Source: Lachnospiraceae bacterium
Lineage (GTDB): Bacteria; Bacillota; Clostridia; Lachnospirales; Lachnospiraceae
Direction: 5' to 3'
Assembly: GCA_030526985.1 (NCBI GenBank)
Contig: JAUNBT010000001.1
Span: forward strand, 2,838-66,837
Length of the DNA: 64,000 nt
In this document: piece after piece, positions 50,492 through 59,193 of the stretch
Layout: every line of letters starts with the position of its first letter
Position numbering within the stretch: position 1 is the first letter of the stretch
Position numbers and translations under genes: made by a program
The notes under the pieces: model-generated
Seen by the model: the letters and a program-made list of their open reading frames with translations, nothing else
The model's database searches: none
Told to the model about the DNA's origin: nothing

Positions 50492-51334
50492 TTATTTAAT
50501 GTTTAATCTCGCTCCATCTAAAAATGCAAGGCTTCTGGAATAACGGTGGATTCCCTCTTCCTTTTCCCGATACATTAAAAGCCGCTCTAAGCCAAATCCA
50601 ACTCCCACCCAGCTGCAGGTTACATTCCAGGCATCATCTAGTGGATGTGGCCCCATGGAAGTAGAGGCAAGCTCCAATCCATCGGGACTTACAATATCAA
50701 TCCCTTTTCCGTATACAACAGATTCTTCCTCCTCCACCTTGAAATCTTTTATTCCAGCTGCATTTAATACAATTTTGGAAAACTCTTTTAACCTTTCGTT
50801 CCTCTCTTCTATAGGAGTTCCCCACTCTACCAGATTTAACATGGTAAATTCTTTTAAATGCTGTCTTCCCTCTGACTCTTTTCGAAAACAGGAACCAATT
50901 TCAAATACCCTGAGGGGAAGCTTTGAAAAATTCATCAGCCGTTTGGATACATCATAAAGATTCGGTGCTAACATCGGACGCAGACAGGTCTTTTGGTCCA
51001 GCCAGAACACTTGATCATTTAACGGATGGGTTCCATCTATGGTCATCCTCTCTAAAAATTTTCTAGAAAGAATGGTCGGTGTCGCCACCTGAGTAAATCC
51101 ATGCCCAATCAAACAATCGGCAAGATCATTTTGCAGACGGCACAATTTGGGTTGACGGGTTTCGTAAAGAAGAGTACGAATCCGTCTTTTATTTTCTGTC
51201 ACTGCTTCTTTTTCAATTTTTTGATAACTTTTTCCTGCTGCCTGTTTCTCTTCAAACTCCTGTTCTCTTACTTCCTTTTTTACCCCTAATTCTGACAAGC
51301 GGATTTTTTGTGTCTCTGAAAATGAATATGCCAT
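50492..51334 (-). CDS. pylS: Pyrrolysyl-tRNA synthetase, catalytic (C-terminal) subunit PylSc
   Basis: Class II aaRS core: LRPMLAPNLY, RVFEIGSCFRKESEGRQHLKEFTMLN, WVGVGFGLERLL and tail SLAFLDGARLNIK. This closely resembles the bacterial PylSc sequence as I recall it. The ATG at 51334 follows AAAGGAGG. Confidence 0.9.
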   Translation of the reverse strand: MAYSFSETQKIRLSELGVKKEVREQEFEEKQAAGKSYQKIEKEAVTENKRRIRTLLYETRQPKLCRLQNDLADCLIGHGFTQVATPTILSRKFLERMTIDGTHPLNDQVFWLDQKTCLRPMLAPNLYDVSKRLMNFSKLPLRVFEIGSCFRKESEGRQHLKEFTMLNLVEWGTPIEERNERLKEFSKIVLNAAGIKDFKVEEEESVVYGKGIDIVSPDGLELASTSMGPHPLDDAWNVTCSWVGVGFGLERLLMYREKEEGIHRYSRSLAFLDGARLNIK

Positions 51335-51348
51335 CTTAAAATCCTCCT

Positions 51349-51723
51349 TTACCTTTTTGCTTTTGAATCTGTAAATACGGTCGCCGAATATTTGGAAAGC
51401 TTCCACTGGGGCACTTTACATTTGGGACATGCATGCTGACACCAGCGATTCCGAATCCATCTTGCACTGCGGCTGTTTTTTGAATTCCACACGGTAAACT
51501 CTTCTCCGCAGTGAGTCGTAATATGAAGCATATTGCCCCGCTGTTCAATCTCTTTTATGCCATGAAGCACACCGGAACGGGCCGGCCATAATTTAATCTT
51601 ATGAATCAACTCATATAAACTCTGATTTTTATAAATATATCGTTTCGGTTCTATCTTTTTTTGTACTGTCCCCGCTGCCATCCTGATTCCCTCTTTTCTT
51701 TTTATGTCAGTTTTTGTTTTCAA
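51349..51723 (-). CDS. pylSn: Pyrrolysyl-tRNA synthetase N-terminal (tRNA-binding) subunit PylSn
   Basis: 124 aa. ...LWPARSGVLHGIK...ITTHCGEEFTVWNSKNSRSARWIRNRWCQHACPKCKV matches the zinc-binding PylS N-domain pattern. The start could instead be the internal Met at 51681. Confidence 0.8.
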   Translation of the reverse strand: MKTKTDIKRKEGIRMAAGTVQKKIEPKRYIYKNQSLYELIHKIKLWPARSGVLHGIKEIEQRGNMLHITTHCGEEFTVWNSKNSRSARWIRNRWCQHACPKCKVPQWKLSKYSATVFTDSKAKR

Positions 51724-51738
51724 TTCCGGTCCATTTCT

Positions 51739-52548
51739 TTATCCAATGTCCTGTTTCATGCAGTCATAATACATTGTAAGTACGCCGGATTCTAATGGAT
51801 TAAAAATTAGCACCGCCTCTTTTTGTGCCTCCTTTGTTGTCCCAATCGGCATTCCCGGAGAAGCGATTACTGTCCCTGCTGCAACATCATTCTTTGTAAT
51901 CACGCCCTCTACCGGAGTAGCATCCAGAAAATAATGAAATTCCTTTTTCTTTCGTCCCGATTCAAGCACCTTTCCGTAAGGAAGTCCTTTTACAGCCTCG
52001 ATTGCTCTTTCTTCCACCACATCATAGACAGAAAATGGAATCTGATTTAAGTCAAACCAACCGGCAGCCGCCCTTCCAACCGGACCTGCCCCTAACACTA
52101 ACACTTCCTCTTTCTTCCCTTTCATCGCCAGACTTAAAGCCGCCGCATAACCGATTCCTGTTCCATAGCCATTATCCGAATAAATCCGTCTCCCATCCAA
52201 TAAAAATGCACTGAAAATATCATCATCAGCCATAAAGACCATTTCCGCATTTTTTTCATAGGCTTCCTGTAACCCTGCCACATCGGTTTTTTGGGTCACC
52301 CATGCATCAATACCACAGTATTTTAATATTTCACAGACAGTATCGGAAAAACCACCAATGATTCCAAGACCACTTGTCACCGGTACTACTGCAGTCCGGT
52401 AATGAGTTCTCCTGTTTTTTAATCCCACTGCATACTGAGCAGTCTCCTCCATGGTGCATCCCGTCTGCTTTTTAAATTCCTGATCAGAAAGAGCCATCCG
52501 CTCTGCAACTTTTTCAATATCTGATTCTATTAATCTTGACATAATCAT
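51739..52548 (-). CDS. pylD: Pyrrolysine biosynthesis dehydrogenase PylD
   Basis: 269 aa. VVPVTSGLGIIGGFSDTV, MADDD and VLVLGAGPVGRAAA (Rossmann) are collinear with archaeal PylD. Confidence 0.85.
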   Translation of the reverse strand: MIMSRLIESDIEKVAERMALSDQEFKKQTGCTMEETAQYAVGLKNRRTHYRTAVVPVTSGLGIIGGFSDTVCEILKYCGIDAWVTQKTDVAGLQEAYEKNAEMVFMADDDIFSAFLLDGRRIYSDNGYGTGIGYAAALSLAMKGKKEEVLVLGAGPVGRAAAGWFDLNQIPFSVYDVVEERAIEAVKGLPYGKVLESGRKKKEFHYFLDATPVEGVITKNDVAAGTVIASPGMPIGTTKEAQKEAVLIFNPLESGVLTMYYDCMKQDIG

Positions 52549-52565
52549 CCGCCTTTCTGTCTCGT

Positions 52566-53711
52566 TTACCCTTCTATTAATTTTAACTGTCTGTTCCCAA
52601 GTGATTCATTAATATTGTCAATGCAATTTAAAAATTCTTTTCTTGCCTCTTTTTCAGTTTTTGCCGTGACAATCAAGATTGCTTTAAATGCCTTCGCTCC
52701 TTTTTTATAATCCGTAATGCCCTCTTTGGCTCCAAAAAAATGTTCTTTTACATATAATTCTTTACAATCCGTCAGGATATGTTCTCCCTTTACTAAGATT
52801 CTGTCCGGTTCCACACTAATCTGCTGGTAATAGCAAACTTCCTCTTTCTTCTTTTCGGCCCGGGCAGATTTTTTCAGTGTCAATTCCACCAACAACTGGA
52901 TCATATTAATCCCACTTGACTGATACACGCTGATTGGTGTCTGGCTCGGAAATCTGGCATCAATTTCTAATATTTTTAAAACTCCATTATGGCAGATTAC
53001 TTCAATGTCAAAAATTCCTCTTATTTTTAAAGCTTTTGCCAATTTTTCTGCCATATGGTAAAACTGCTTTTCCTGCTTTTTACTCAAAGAAGCCGGGGCT
53101 ATAATTCGTTTACAGTCATACCCTTTGTCAATCACAACTTCTGTAATCTGCGGAAAATAAAACTGATTTCCATCTCCAATCACCTCCAAAGAAAAGGAGC
53201 GTCCTTCTAAAAACTCCTGTACTACCGCATTTTCTCCCATTTCTTTTAAGATTTCTTCCGCTTCCTCCTTCGATTTCGCCTTTTTAACCCCTACACTTCC
53301 GCTTAAACCGTCTGGTTTTATAATAACTGGAAATGCATTCTCCCCATATCTCCCCGGCATAGGAAGGTCCAACTTTTCAAATAGCTCGTTAGATTTTTTC
53401 TTGGAAGAAGATATTTCATAGGCTTTTGGATCGAAAATAACCGGAATATGAAATCGTTCCCCAAAACAGCTGAGTTTTTCTAAAACTGCTTTCTTCTCCA
53501 TCGCTGGAATCACCACATCTGCTTCCTGAAACAGGCGTGTAAATCGTTCCTCTTCTTTTAAAATGTCGATTACCTCTACACGGTCTGCAATTCCAAATGC
53601 CGGAGCATGTTTTCTTTTATCTGCCACGGTTACATGATATCCGGCTTTTTTTGCCAGATAGGTGACCTCGATTCCCTGAAGTTTTCCTCCGACTACTAAA
53701 ATTTGAATCAT
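52566..53711 (-). CDS. pylC: 3-methylornithine--L-lysine ligase PylC (ATP-grasp)
   Basis: MIQILVVGGKLQGIEVTYLAKKAGY plus an ATP-grasp body. The ATG at 53711 follows AGGAGG. The ORF-track N-extension overlaps pylB. Confidence 0.85.
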   Translation of the reverse strand: MIQILVVGGKLQGIEVTYLAKKAGYHVTVADKRKHAPAFGIADRVEVIDILKEEERFTRLFQEADVVIPAMEKKAVLEKLSCFGERFHIPVIFDPKAYEISSSKKKSNELFEKLDLPMPGRYGENAFPVIIKPDGLSGSVGVKKAKSKEEAEEILKEMGENAVVQEFLEGRSFSLEVIGDGNQFYFPQITEVVIDKGYDCKRIIAPASLSKKQEKQFYHMAEKLAKALKIRGIFDIEVICHNGVLKILEIDARFPSQTPISVYQSSGINMIQLLVELTLKKSARAEKKKEEVCYYQQISVEPDRILVKGEHILTDCKELYVKEHFFGAKEGITDYKKGAKAFKAILIVTAKTEKEARKEFLNCIDNINESLGNRQLKLIEG

Positions 53712-53754
53712 ATCGCTCTCCTCCTGTTCCTTCCAATGTTGTCTCATTGCTGTT

Positions 53755-54801
53755 TTATCGCTGACTTTGTCTTTTTTCAATCCATTTTTGGTAACTTAAG
53801 GCGCCTGCATCGGAAAGCCCACATTCCTTTACAGTCTCCATAATACCTTCCACGGTACGTCCGCCTTCATCAATATCGGTTTTCGCACTGGCAACCCCGG
53901 CAAATCCTTTTTTCGGTGGGATAATGGATGTGATTACATTTGCCCCCGCCATCAGACGCTGTTTTAATCCGTTAAGGCCATCCACGTCTAAAGAGGCCGG
54001 AATCAGTCTGTCCGGAAACAAAATCCTCATCAGTGCAATATTTAAAAGTTCATCGTGAAAACTTCTGCGTTCTATTTTTCCCATCGGTGTTCCATCCTGG
54101 GGGATAAATGTCATCGTCCTTACCTGAGAGGCTCCTAAACGCTCCATTTCTTGAAAGGACAAATAAATATCTTCCCTCGATTCCCCTACTCCTGTAAGAA
54201 GTCCTTCCTCAATCAACATTCCTTTTTGAGCTGCATATTCTTTCGCCGCCATTCTTTCTTCGTAAGGCTGTCCGGTCCGCAGACTATCATAGAGCTTCTT
54301 TTGATGTGTCTCCTGATACAGTGCATACCAGGAAGCTCCAGCTTCTGCAAGCTGATCAATTACTTTGTGGGAGACAACCCCGGGAGAAATCATGACTGGG
54401 AGTCCAGTTTTATCCTTTACCTCCCTGACCGTCTCTATCAGTTCCTCCGGATGAGAAATATAATAAGGATCTTCTCCCATAGTAAGATCAATTAGATGAA
54501 CACCGGATTCTTTTAAACTTACCGCCGTCTCAATAATCTCCTGTCGGCTTTTCCGATAGCGGGGCGGTTGTTTATTTTCTTTCCGGTAAAAGCAGAAAGA
54601 ACAATTATTTCTACAATAAGTAGAAAAATAGACAAATCCATAAAAAAATACCTGGTCATTAAAATATTTCTGTCTGACCTTTCTTGCTGCCCTATAGATT
54701 TCCTCTCTGGCATCCTCCTCTTTCTGATTTAATAAAAATAGGATTTCTTCCTTTTTAAAATTTTCTATTCCTGTTTTCTTTAAAATATCTGTCAGATTCA
54801 T
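53755..54801 (-). CDS. pylB: Methylornithine synthase PylB (radical SAM)
   Basis: 348 aa. YFSTYCRNNCSFCFYRKEN (CX3CX2C), biotin-synthase-like fold, and its position at the head of pylBCD. Confidence 0.85.
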   Translation of the reverse strand: MNLTDILKKTGIENFKKEEILFLLNQKEEDAREEIYRAARKVRQKYFNDQVFFYGFVYFSTYCRNNCSFCFYRKENKQPPRYRKSRQEIIETAVSLKESGVHLIDLTMGEDPYYISHPEELIETVREVKDKTGLPVMISPGVVSHKVIDQLAEAGASWYALYQETHQKKLYDSLRTGQPYEERMAAKEYAAQKGMLIEEGLLTGVGESREDIYLSFQEMERLGASQVRTMTFIPQDGTPMGKIERRSFHDELLNIALMRILFPDRLIPASLDVDGLNGLKQRLMAGANVITSIIPPKKGFAGVASAKTDIDEGGRTVEGIMETVKECGLSDAGALSYQKWIEKRQSQR

Positions 54802-54851
54802 CGCTTTCTCCTCCGGTTGTTTTATTTCTGTTGGCTGTTTTCAAGTGCACG

Positions 54852-54888
54852 AAAAAAGAGAAGTGTATCCGCTACACTTCTCTTTTTT
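54852..54888 (-). terminator. Symmetric intrinsic terminator between pylT and pylB
   Basis: Stem AGAGAAGTGTA / TACACTTCTCT with an A-run on one side and a T-run on the other, so it is potentially bidirectional. Confidence 0.6.
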
Positions 54889-54933
54889 CTTTGCCTGGCA
54901 TTGTTTCTTCCCTGTTTATACACAAACAGTAAG

Positions 54934-55002
54934 CGGAGAATCCCGGCGCTGCACCCGGCTGTACGGAGTTAGAGTCCGCATGATCACTTCGATCCATCCT
55001 CC
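54934..55002 (-). tRNA. pylT: tRNA-Pyl (anticodon CUA)
   Basis: Manual fold of GGAGGATGGATCGAAGTGATCATGCGGACTCTAACTCCGTACAGCCGGGTGCAGCGCCGGGATTCTCCG. It has a 7-bp acceptor stem, a single linker nt, a 4-bp D stem with a 5-nt loop, a 6-bp anticodon stem, loop CUCUAAC, and a 3-nt variable loop CAG. CCA is not encoded. Confidence 0.85.
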
Positions 55003-55005
55003 AGA

Positions 55006-55092
55006 TTTTTCAGTACGGGATTTTTTCAGACCCATCCGAAATTCTGCCCTGAAAATTTTGGTGCCGGTCTGAAAAAATATTCCGCCTGAAAA
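55006..55092. repeat. Array of five TTTTCAG/CTGAAAA heptamers forming a long inverted repeat between mtmB and pylT
   Basis: TTTTCAG occurs at 55007-55013 and 55023-55029. CTGAAAA occurs at 55049, 55069 and 55086. ATTTTTTCAGACC (55020-55032) pairs perfectly with GGTCTGAAAAAAT (55066-55078). Confidence 0.7.
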
Positions 55093-55123
55093 TAAATCGC
55101 GTGTTAAAATGTCTGCTTAATGC

Positions 55124-56512
55124 TTAATCCCAATAATCTAATCCAAGGCCTTTTAAGATTTCAACTGCCTCATCATAAATCTCAACATATTCCTGTGATG
55201 GTGTCAGAGTCTTCACGTCATAGCATTCCTGGAATTTCTTTCCTGTCGGAGCAGTCTTATAGTCCTTCTCATACATGGAAACTAACTTATCCAGTAATAC
55301 ATTTACCTCATGAAGATCCATTCCTGCAACAGCATGTGCTGCCTCACCCATCATTCTGGCCTCCATTGCGGTAAATAAATCTGTTGTTACTCCTTTACAG
55401 GATGCAACACCGGAGAGAATCTCTCTTCCACTTGCCGTATCTGTAATTGCCTGTGCCGCTGTCTCTAAAAGACACATAACGGTACATGGACCAGCCAGAG
55501 TATAGTATTGATTTCCAAGGATTAAATGTGTATTTTCTTCAATTGCTTTTGCTGCATGACCTGCCACGCAAAGAGCTTCTCTCGCTGTTGTGATACCCCA
55601 GCGGACGTGAACAGGACCATCCAGATGCCAGGTAGCCTGTAACATTACAAAAGAGTTCAGTGTAGTTGCTACGTCAACGATTGTGGTAGCCTCAAGACCA
55701 CCAGCATATCCTCCGTAAATCGGCATCTGCTCTACCATAACATTTACACCAGCTTCTGCGTAATGAGCACCAACACACAACGCACCTACGTCGATTTTGA
55801 GCTCATTAAGCTGGGAAACCTCATGGGAGTCAGATGGACGCATGCCGCCCTCGAAGTCTGCTTCGATTACACCAGCGGCACTAAGGGATGTTTCGTTGCC
55901 CTACAATCCCATGCCGCATCGTCCGGCTCTCATCTGTGCTTCCCGCACCTGTAAAGCTTCGGAACGAACGGCCATAATTTCCCAAGGTGATCCTGGAACA
56001 GGATCTTTGCCCATCACTGTCTGCATAACACCGTCAACAATCGTATCCACAATTGGTTCCTGAGCATATGCCTGATGGATCGGAAGGAACATTTCCTCTG
56101 AACATGGAGATCCGGTCGGACCACCCTGAATCACAGGTGCCTTCTTTTCACTGGAATGTCTCGGTACTACGTTGATGGCCTCTTTGCCCTCACCGTATGT
56201 AAAATGATCCGGTGCTGTTTTAATTGCATGCAGCACTTCATCTCTTGTATATTTAATTACTCTTTTCGTATCGATGCAGTAAACACCACATTCTACCAAA
56301 AGGTCTAACCCTGCTTGAAACAGCTTATCACAAAGCTCTTTATCTTCAGGTATAATCGTCTTTTTATCCATTTTGATGCCGTACTTTTTCTTTAAAGCAG
56401 CGGCGGTCTGAGGAATGACTTTAAAATCCCATTCTTTTTCATCCATCTTAGGACCGCTTTTTGCTCTGTCATAGACATCATAAACGGTAATCGCTTTTCC
56501 GATTGCCTTCAT
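55124..56512 (-). CDS. mtmB: Monomethylamine methyltransferase MtmB with an in-frame UAG (pyrrolysine) codon at 55901-55903
   Basis: ORF-track pieces 55901-56512 and 55124-55843 are in the same frame and are separated only by TAG. Manual read-through gives ...AGRCGMGL-[UAG]-GNETSLSAAGVIEADFEGGMRPSDSHEVSQLNELKID... This is collinear with archaeal MtmB, which carries Pyl at the equivalent position. Confidence 0.9.
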
Positions 56513-56515
56513 CCT

Positions 56516-57178
56516 TTAAGCACTCCTTTTCTCACTCAATAATTTCTTTGCTATCTCAACTGCTTCTGTTGCCGTATCGGAATATCCGTCTGCCCCGATT
56601 GTATCGCACCATTCTTTTGAAACCGGTGCACCGCCAAACATGACAATATAATCGTCTCTGACTCCATCCTCATTTAAGAGAGTAATAATGTCTCTCTGAG
56701 CCGGCATGGTTGTGGTCATCAGCGCGGATCCTAAAATAATATCTGCATTGACTTCCTTTGCTGTTTCCACAACTGTTTCCACTGGTACATCACGTCCTAA
56801 ATCATGGACTGTAAAATTGTTTGCGGAAAACATTGTCTTTACAATATTTTTTCCAATATCATGGATATCTCCCTGAACGGTATGGATTACAACAGTTCCA
56901 TTCGACGTACTGTTCTTTTCTTCCTCAGTCATTCCACTCGTCAGAATTTCCACCGCTTTTTCAAAAGCTTCGGAAGCCATCAAAAGTTCCGGTACAAAAG
57001 CTTCTCCTTCGTCAAACAGATCACTCATTTTCTGCATTCCGGCAGATAAACCTTCGCTGATACATTCTAAGGGATCTAATCCAGCTTCTAAAGCGGCATT
57101 GGCAGCTTCTTCGGCAATGTCTTCATCCATCTCTGTAACGGCTTCTTCTAACTTGCTCATAATCTCTTCTTTGCTCAT
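56516..57178 (-). CDS. mtmC: Methylamine-specific corrinoid protein (MtmC-like, B12-binding)
   Basis: DxHxxG motif GDIHDIGKNIV and a helical-cap N-domain. The ATG at 57178 follows AGGAGG. Its stop lies 3 nt before the mtmB start. Confidence 0.85.
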   Translation of the reverse strand: MSKEEIMSKLEEAVTEMDEDIAEEAANAALEAGLDPLECISEGLSAGMQKMSDLFDEGEAFVPELLMASEAFEKAVEILTSGMTEEEKNSTSNGTVVIHTVQGDIHDIGKNIVKTMFSANNFTVHDLGRDVPVETVVETAKEVNADIILGSALMTTTMPAQRDIITLLNEDGVRDDYIVMFGGAPVSKEWCDTIGADGYSDTATEAVEIAKKLLSEKRSA

Positions 57179-57412
57179 CTTCCAACCTCCTTTATGTCTT
57201 CTCTTCATAGCCTCTAGCACATGAGCTTTTTTGTTCCTCATGTCTATGGTTCGTATTATACGGATTTTTTTGTCCTCTCTAAAGGGACAATCCCGGCGTT
57301 TTTTTCGGGGTCAGGAAAAAAATCTGCACAAAACGGCTTAAAATAAGGCTTTTTTTCTATTTCCTACTATTTTGCTTCCCCTTCTTTTCCTTTTTCCCTT
57401 TTTCTTTTTTGG

Positions 57413-57464
57413 GGTCAAAAAAAAGAACTGTCCCTTCGGTTTTTTTAATCCGAAGGGACAGTTC
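57413..57464 (-). terminator. Intrinsic terminator downstream of cstA
   Basis: 15-bp perfect stem GAACTGTCCCTTCGG / CCGAAGGGACAGTTC, followed on the minus strand by an 8-nt U-run. Confidence 0.85.
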
Positions 57465-57492
57465 CCAATTTGTAAAGTCTTATTTATAAAAT

Positions 57493-59193
57493 CTATGCTG
57501 TTTTCGTTTTTCCTGTTTCTTCTTTTTCTGTCAACTTTTTAATTCCCTGAATTGCCACAATAACACCAAGAATTAATAACAGTACGGCGAAAATCAGCTG
57601 CAGTGTATTTCCAAGGCTTAATCCGGTTGTCATAAATGCTTTTGTCAGATTGATGATTGTCATGGAAAGAGCAGTAAAGGTAACTGCCATCATAAATACC
57701 ATCGGAATCCAGAGCATTGCACCCTGCCGTTTTGTTTTCTTTAAAAATACTGCGCAGGCTACAAGAGCAAGTACAGAAAGCAGCTGGTTTGCAGAACCAA
57801 ACAGCGGCCAAATTTCTGCGTAACCTACTTTAGCTAACAGATAAGCAAGAACTAAGGTGATAACGGTTGCAAAATATTTATTCGTCATCAGTTTGATTAC
57901 AGGACTCATGTTCTTTGTATCTGTATCTTCATCCATGAAAAATTCCTGGAAGGAAAGTCTTCCGATTCTGGCTACAGAGTCCAAAGAAGTCAGTGCAAAA
58001 GCAGATACAGCTAAATTAATTAATGTAAATACCAGGCTATGAGGAAGTCCCACTGCTGATAAGAAATTGGCAATCGCACCGGCAAAAATCTGAGGCTGTG
58101 TTGTCAGTCCCTGCGCTGCTGCCTCTCCTTCTGCAAAAGAAGCAACTGCAATCAATGCGATAATAGCAAGCATACTCTCCATCAACATGGCACCGTAAGC
58201 TACTGGAAGCATATGCTTCTCACTCTTGATCTGTTTGGAAGCGGTACCGGAAGATACTAAGGAATGGAATCCGGATACTGCACCACAAGCGATTGTAACA
58301 AATAAGATTGGGAACATATACTGTCCGTCCACATTAAATCCATTAAATGCAGAAAGGTTACAGGACGGATTTGCCACAAAGACTCCGACAACTGCACCGA
58401 CAATCATAAAAATCAACAGGTAACTGTTCAGATAATCACGAGGCTGAAGCAGTGCCCACACAGGAACCACACATGCGATCATAATGTATAAAAAGATAAT
58501 AATATGCCATACATCCCTTGTAATGTAGATTGGGAAATTAAGACCAACAGCAACAGCTACCACAAGCATGACAATAGCAATAATCGTGTTGACCCATTTT
58601 GATAATTTTGCATATTTTAAAATCATTCCAAGTAAAACTGCCTCTAAGATAAACAGCATGGAAGTCATAGCAACTGCACCATTTGCTGCCACTTTTGTCA
58701 CAGTACCTGCCTCATCTGCAACAAAACCGTTAAAGGTTCCTGCTACAACGTCAGCAAAAGCTGCAACAACAAGAATACAAAACAGCCAGCAGAAAAGTAA
58801 AAATAATTTCTTTCCAAGCTTACCAATGTACTCTTCGATAATATAACCAATGGTACGTCCTTTGTTTTTTACTGAGGCGTACATGGATGCGAAATCCTGC
58901 ACCGCACCAAAGAATACACCACCAATTAAAATCCAAAGTAAAACAGGAAGCCAACCAAAGATTGCTGCCTGAATCGGGCCGTTAATCGGTCCTGCGCCAG
59001 CGATAGAAGCAAACTGATGTCCAAATACAACGTTTGTATCTGCCGGAACATAGTCCACACCGTCTTCAAACTCGTAAGCCGGAGTTTTTGCATTAGGGTC
59101 AATGCCCCACTTGTTCTGTAAATAGCGGCCATAAAGCAGATAAGCTCCGCCTAATACGATGATCGCTATTACCATCATTAAAATACCACTCAT
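57493..59193 (-). CDS. cstA: Carbon starvation protein A family transporter
   Basis: 566 aa. VFGHQFASIAGAGPINGPIQAA is the conserved CstA N-terminal motif. It ends in TAG. Confidence 0.85.
   Translation of the reverse strand: MSGILMMVIAIIVLGGAYLLYGRYLQNKWGIDPNAKTPAYEFEDGVDYVPADTNVVFGHQFASIAGAGPINGPIQAAIFGWLPVLLWILIGGVFFGAVQDFASMYASVKNKGRTIGYIIEEYIGKLGKKLFLLFCWLFCILVVAAFADVVAGTFNGFVADEAGTVTKVAANGAVAMTSMLFILEAVLLGMILKYAKLSKWVNTIIAIVMLVVAVAVGLNFPIYITRDVWHIIIFLYIMIACVVPVWALLQPRDYLNSYLLIFMIVGAVVGVFVANPSCNLSAFNGFNVDGQYMFPILFVTIACGAVSGFHSLVSSGTASKQIKSEKHMLPVAYGAMLMESMLAIIALIAVASFAEGEAAAQGLTTQPQIFAGAIANFLSAVGLPHSLVFTLINLAVSAFALTSLDSVARIGRLSFQEFFMDEDTDTKNMSPVIKLMTNKYFATVITLVLAYLLAKVGYAEIWPLFGSANQLLSVLALVACAVFLKKTKRQGAMLWIPMVFMMAVTFTALSMTIINLTKAFMTTGLSLGNTLQLIFAVLLLILGVIVAIQGIKKLTEKEETGKTKTA

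Noticed and set aside
57242-57412. T-rich tract and a small TTGTCC/GGACAA dyad upstream of mtmC, considered as a possible riboswitch
   Set aside because: No extended conserved-looking structure is present. It looks like an AT-rich promoter region with a TATAAT box at about 57252-57257 (minus strand). Evidence is insufficient for more.
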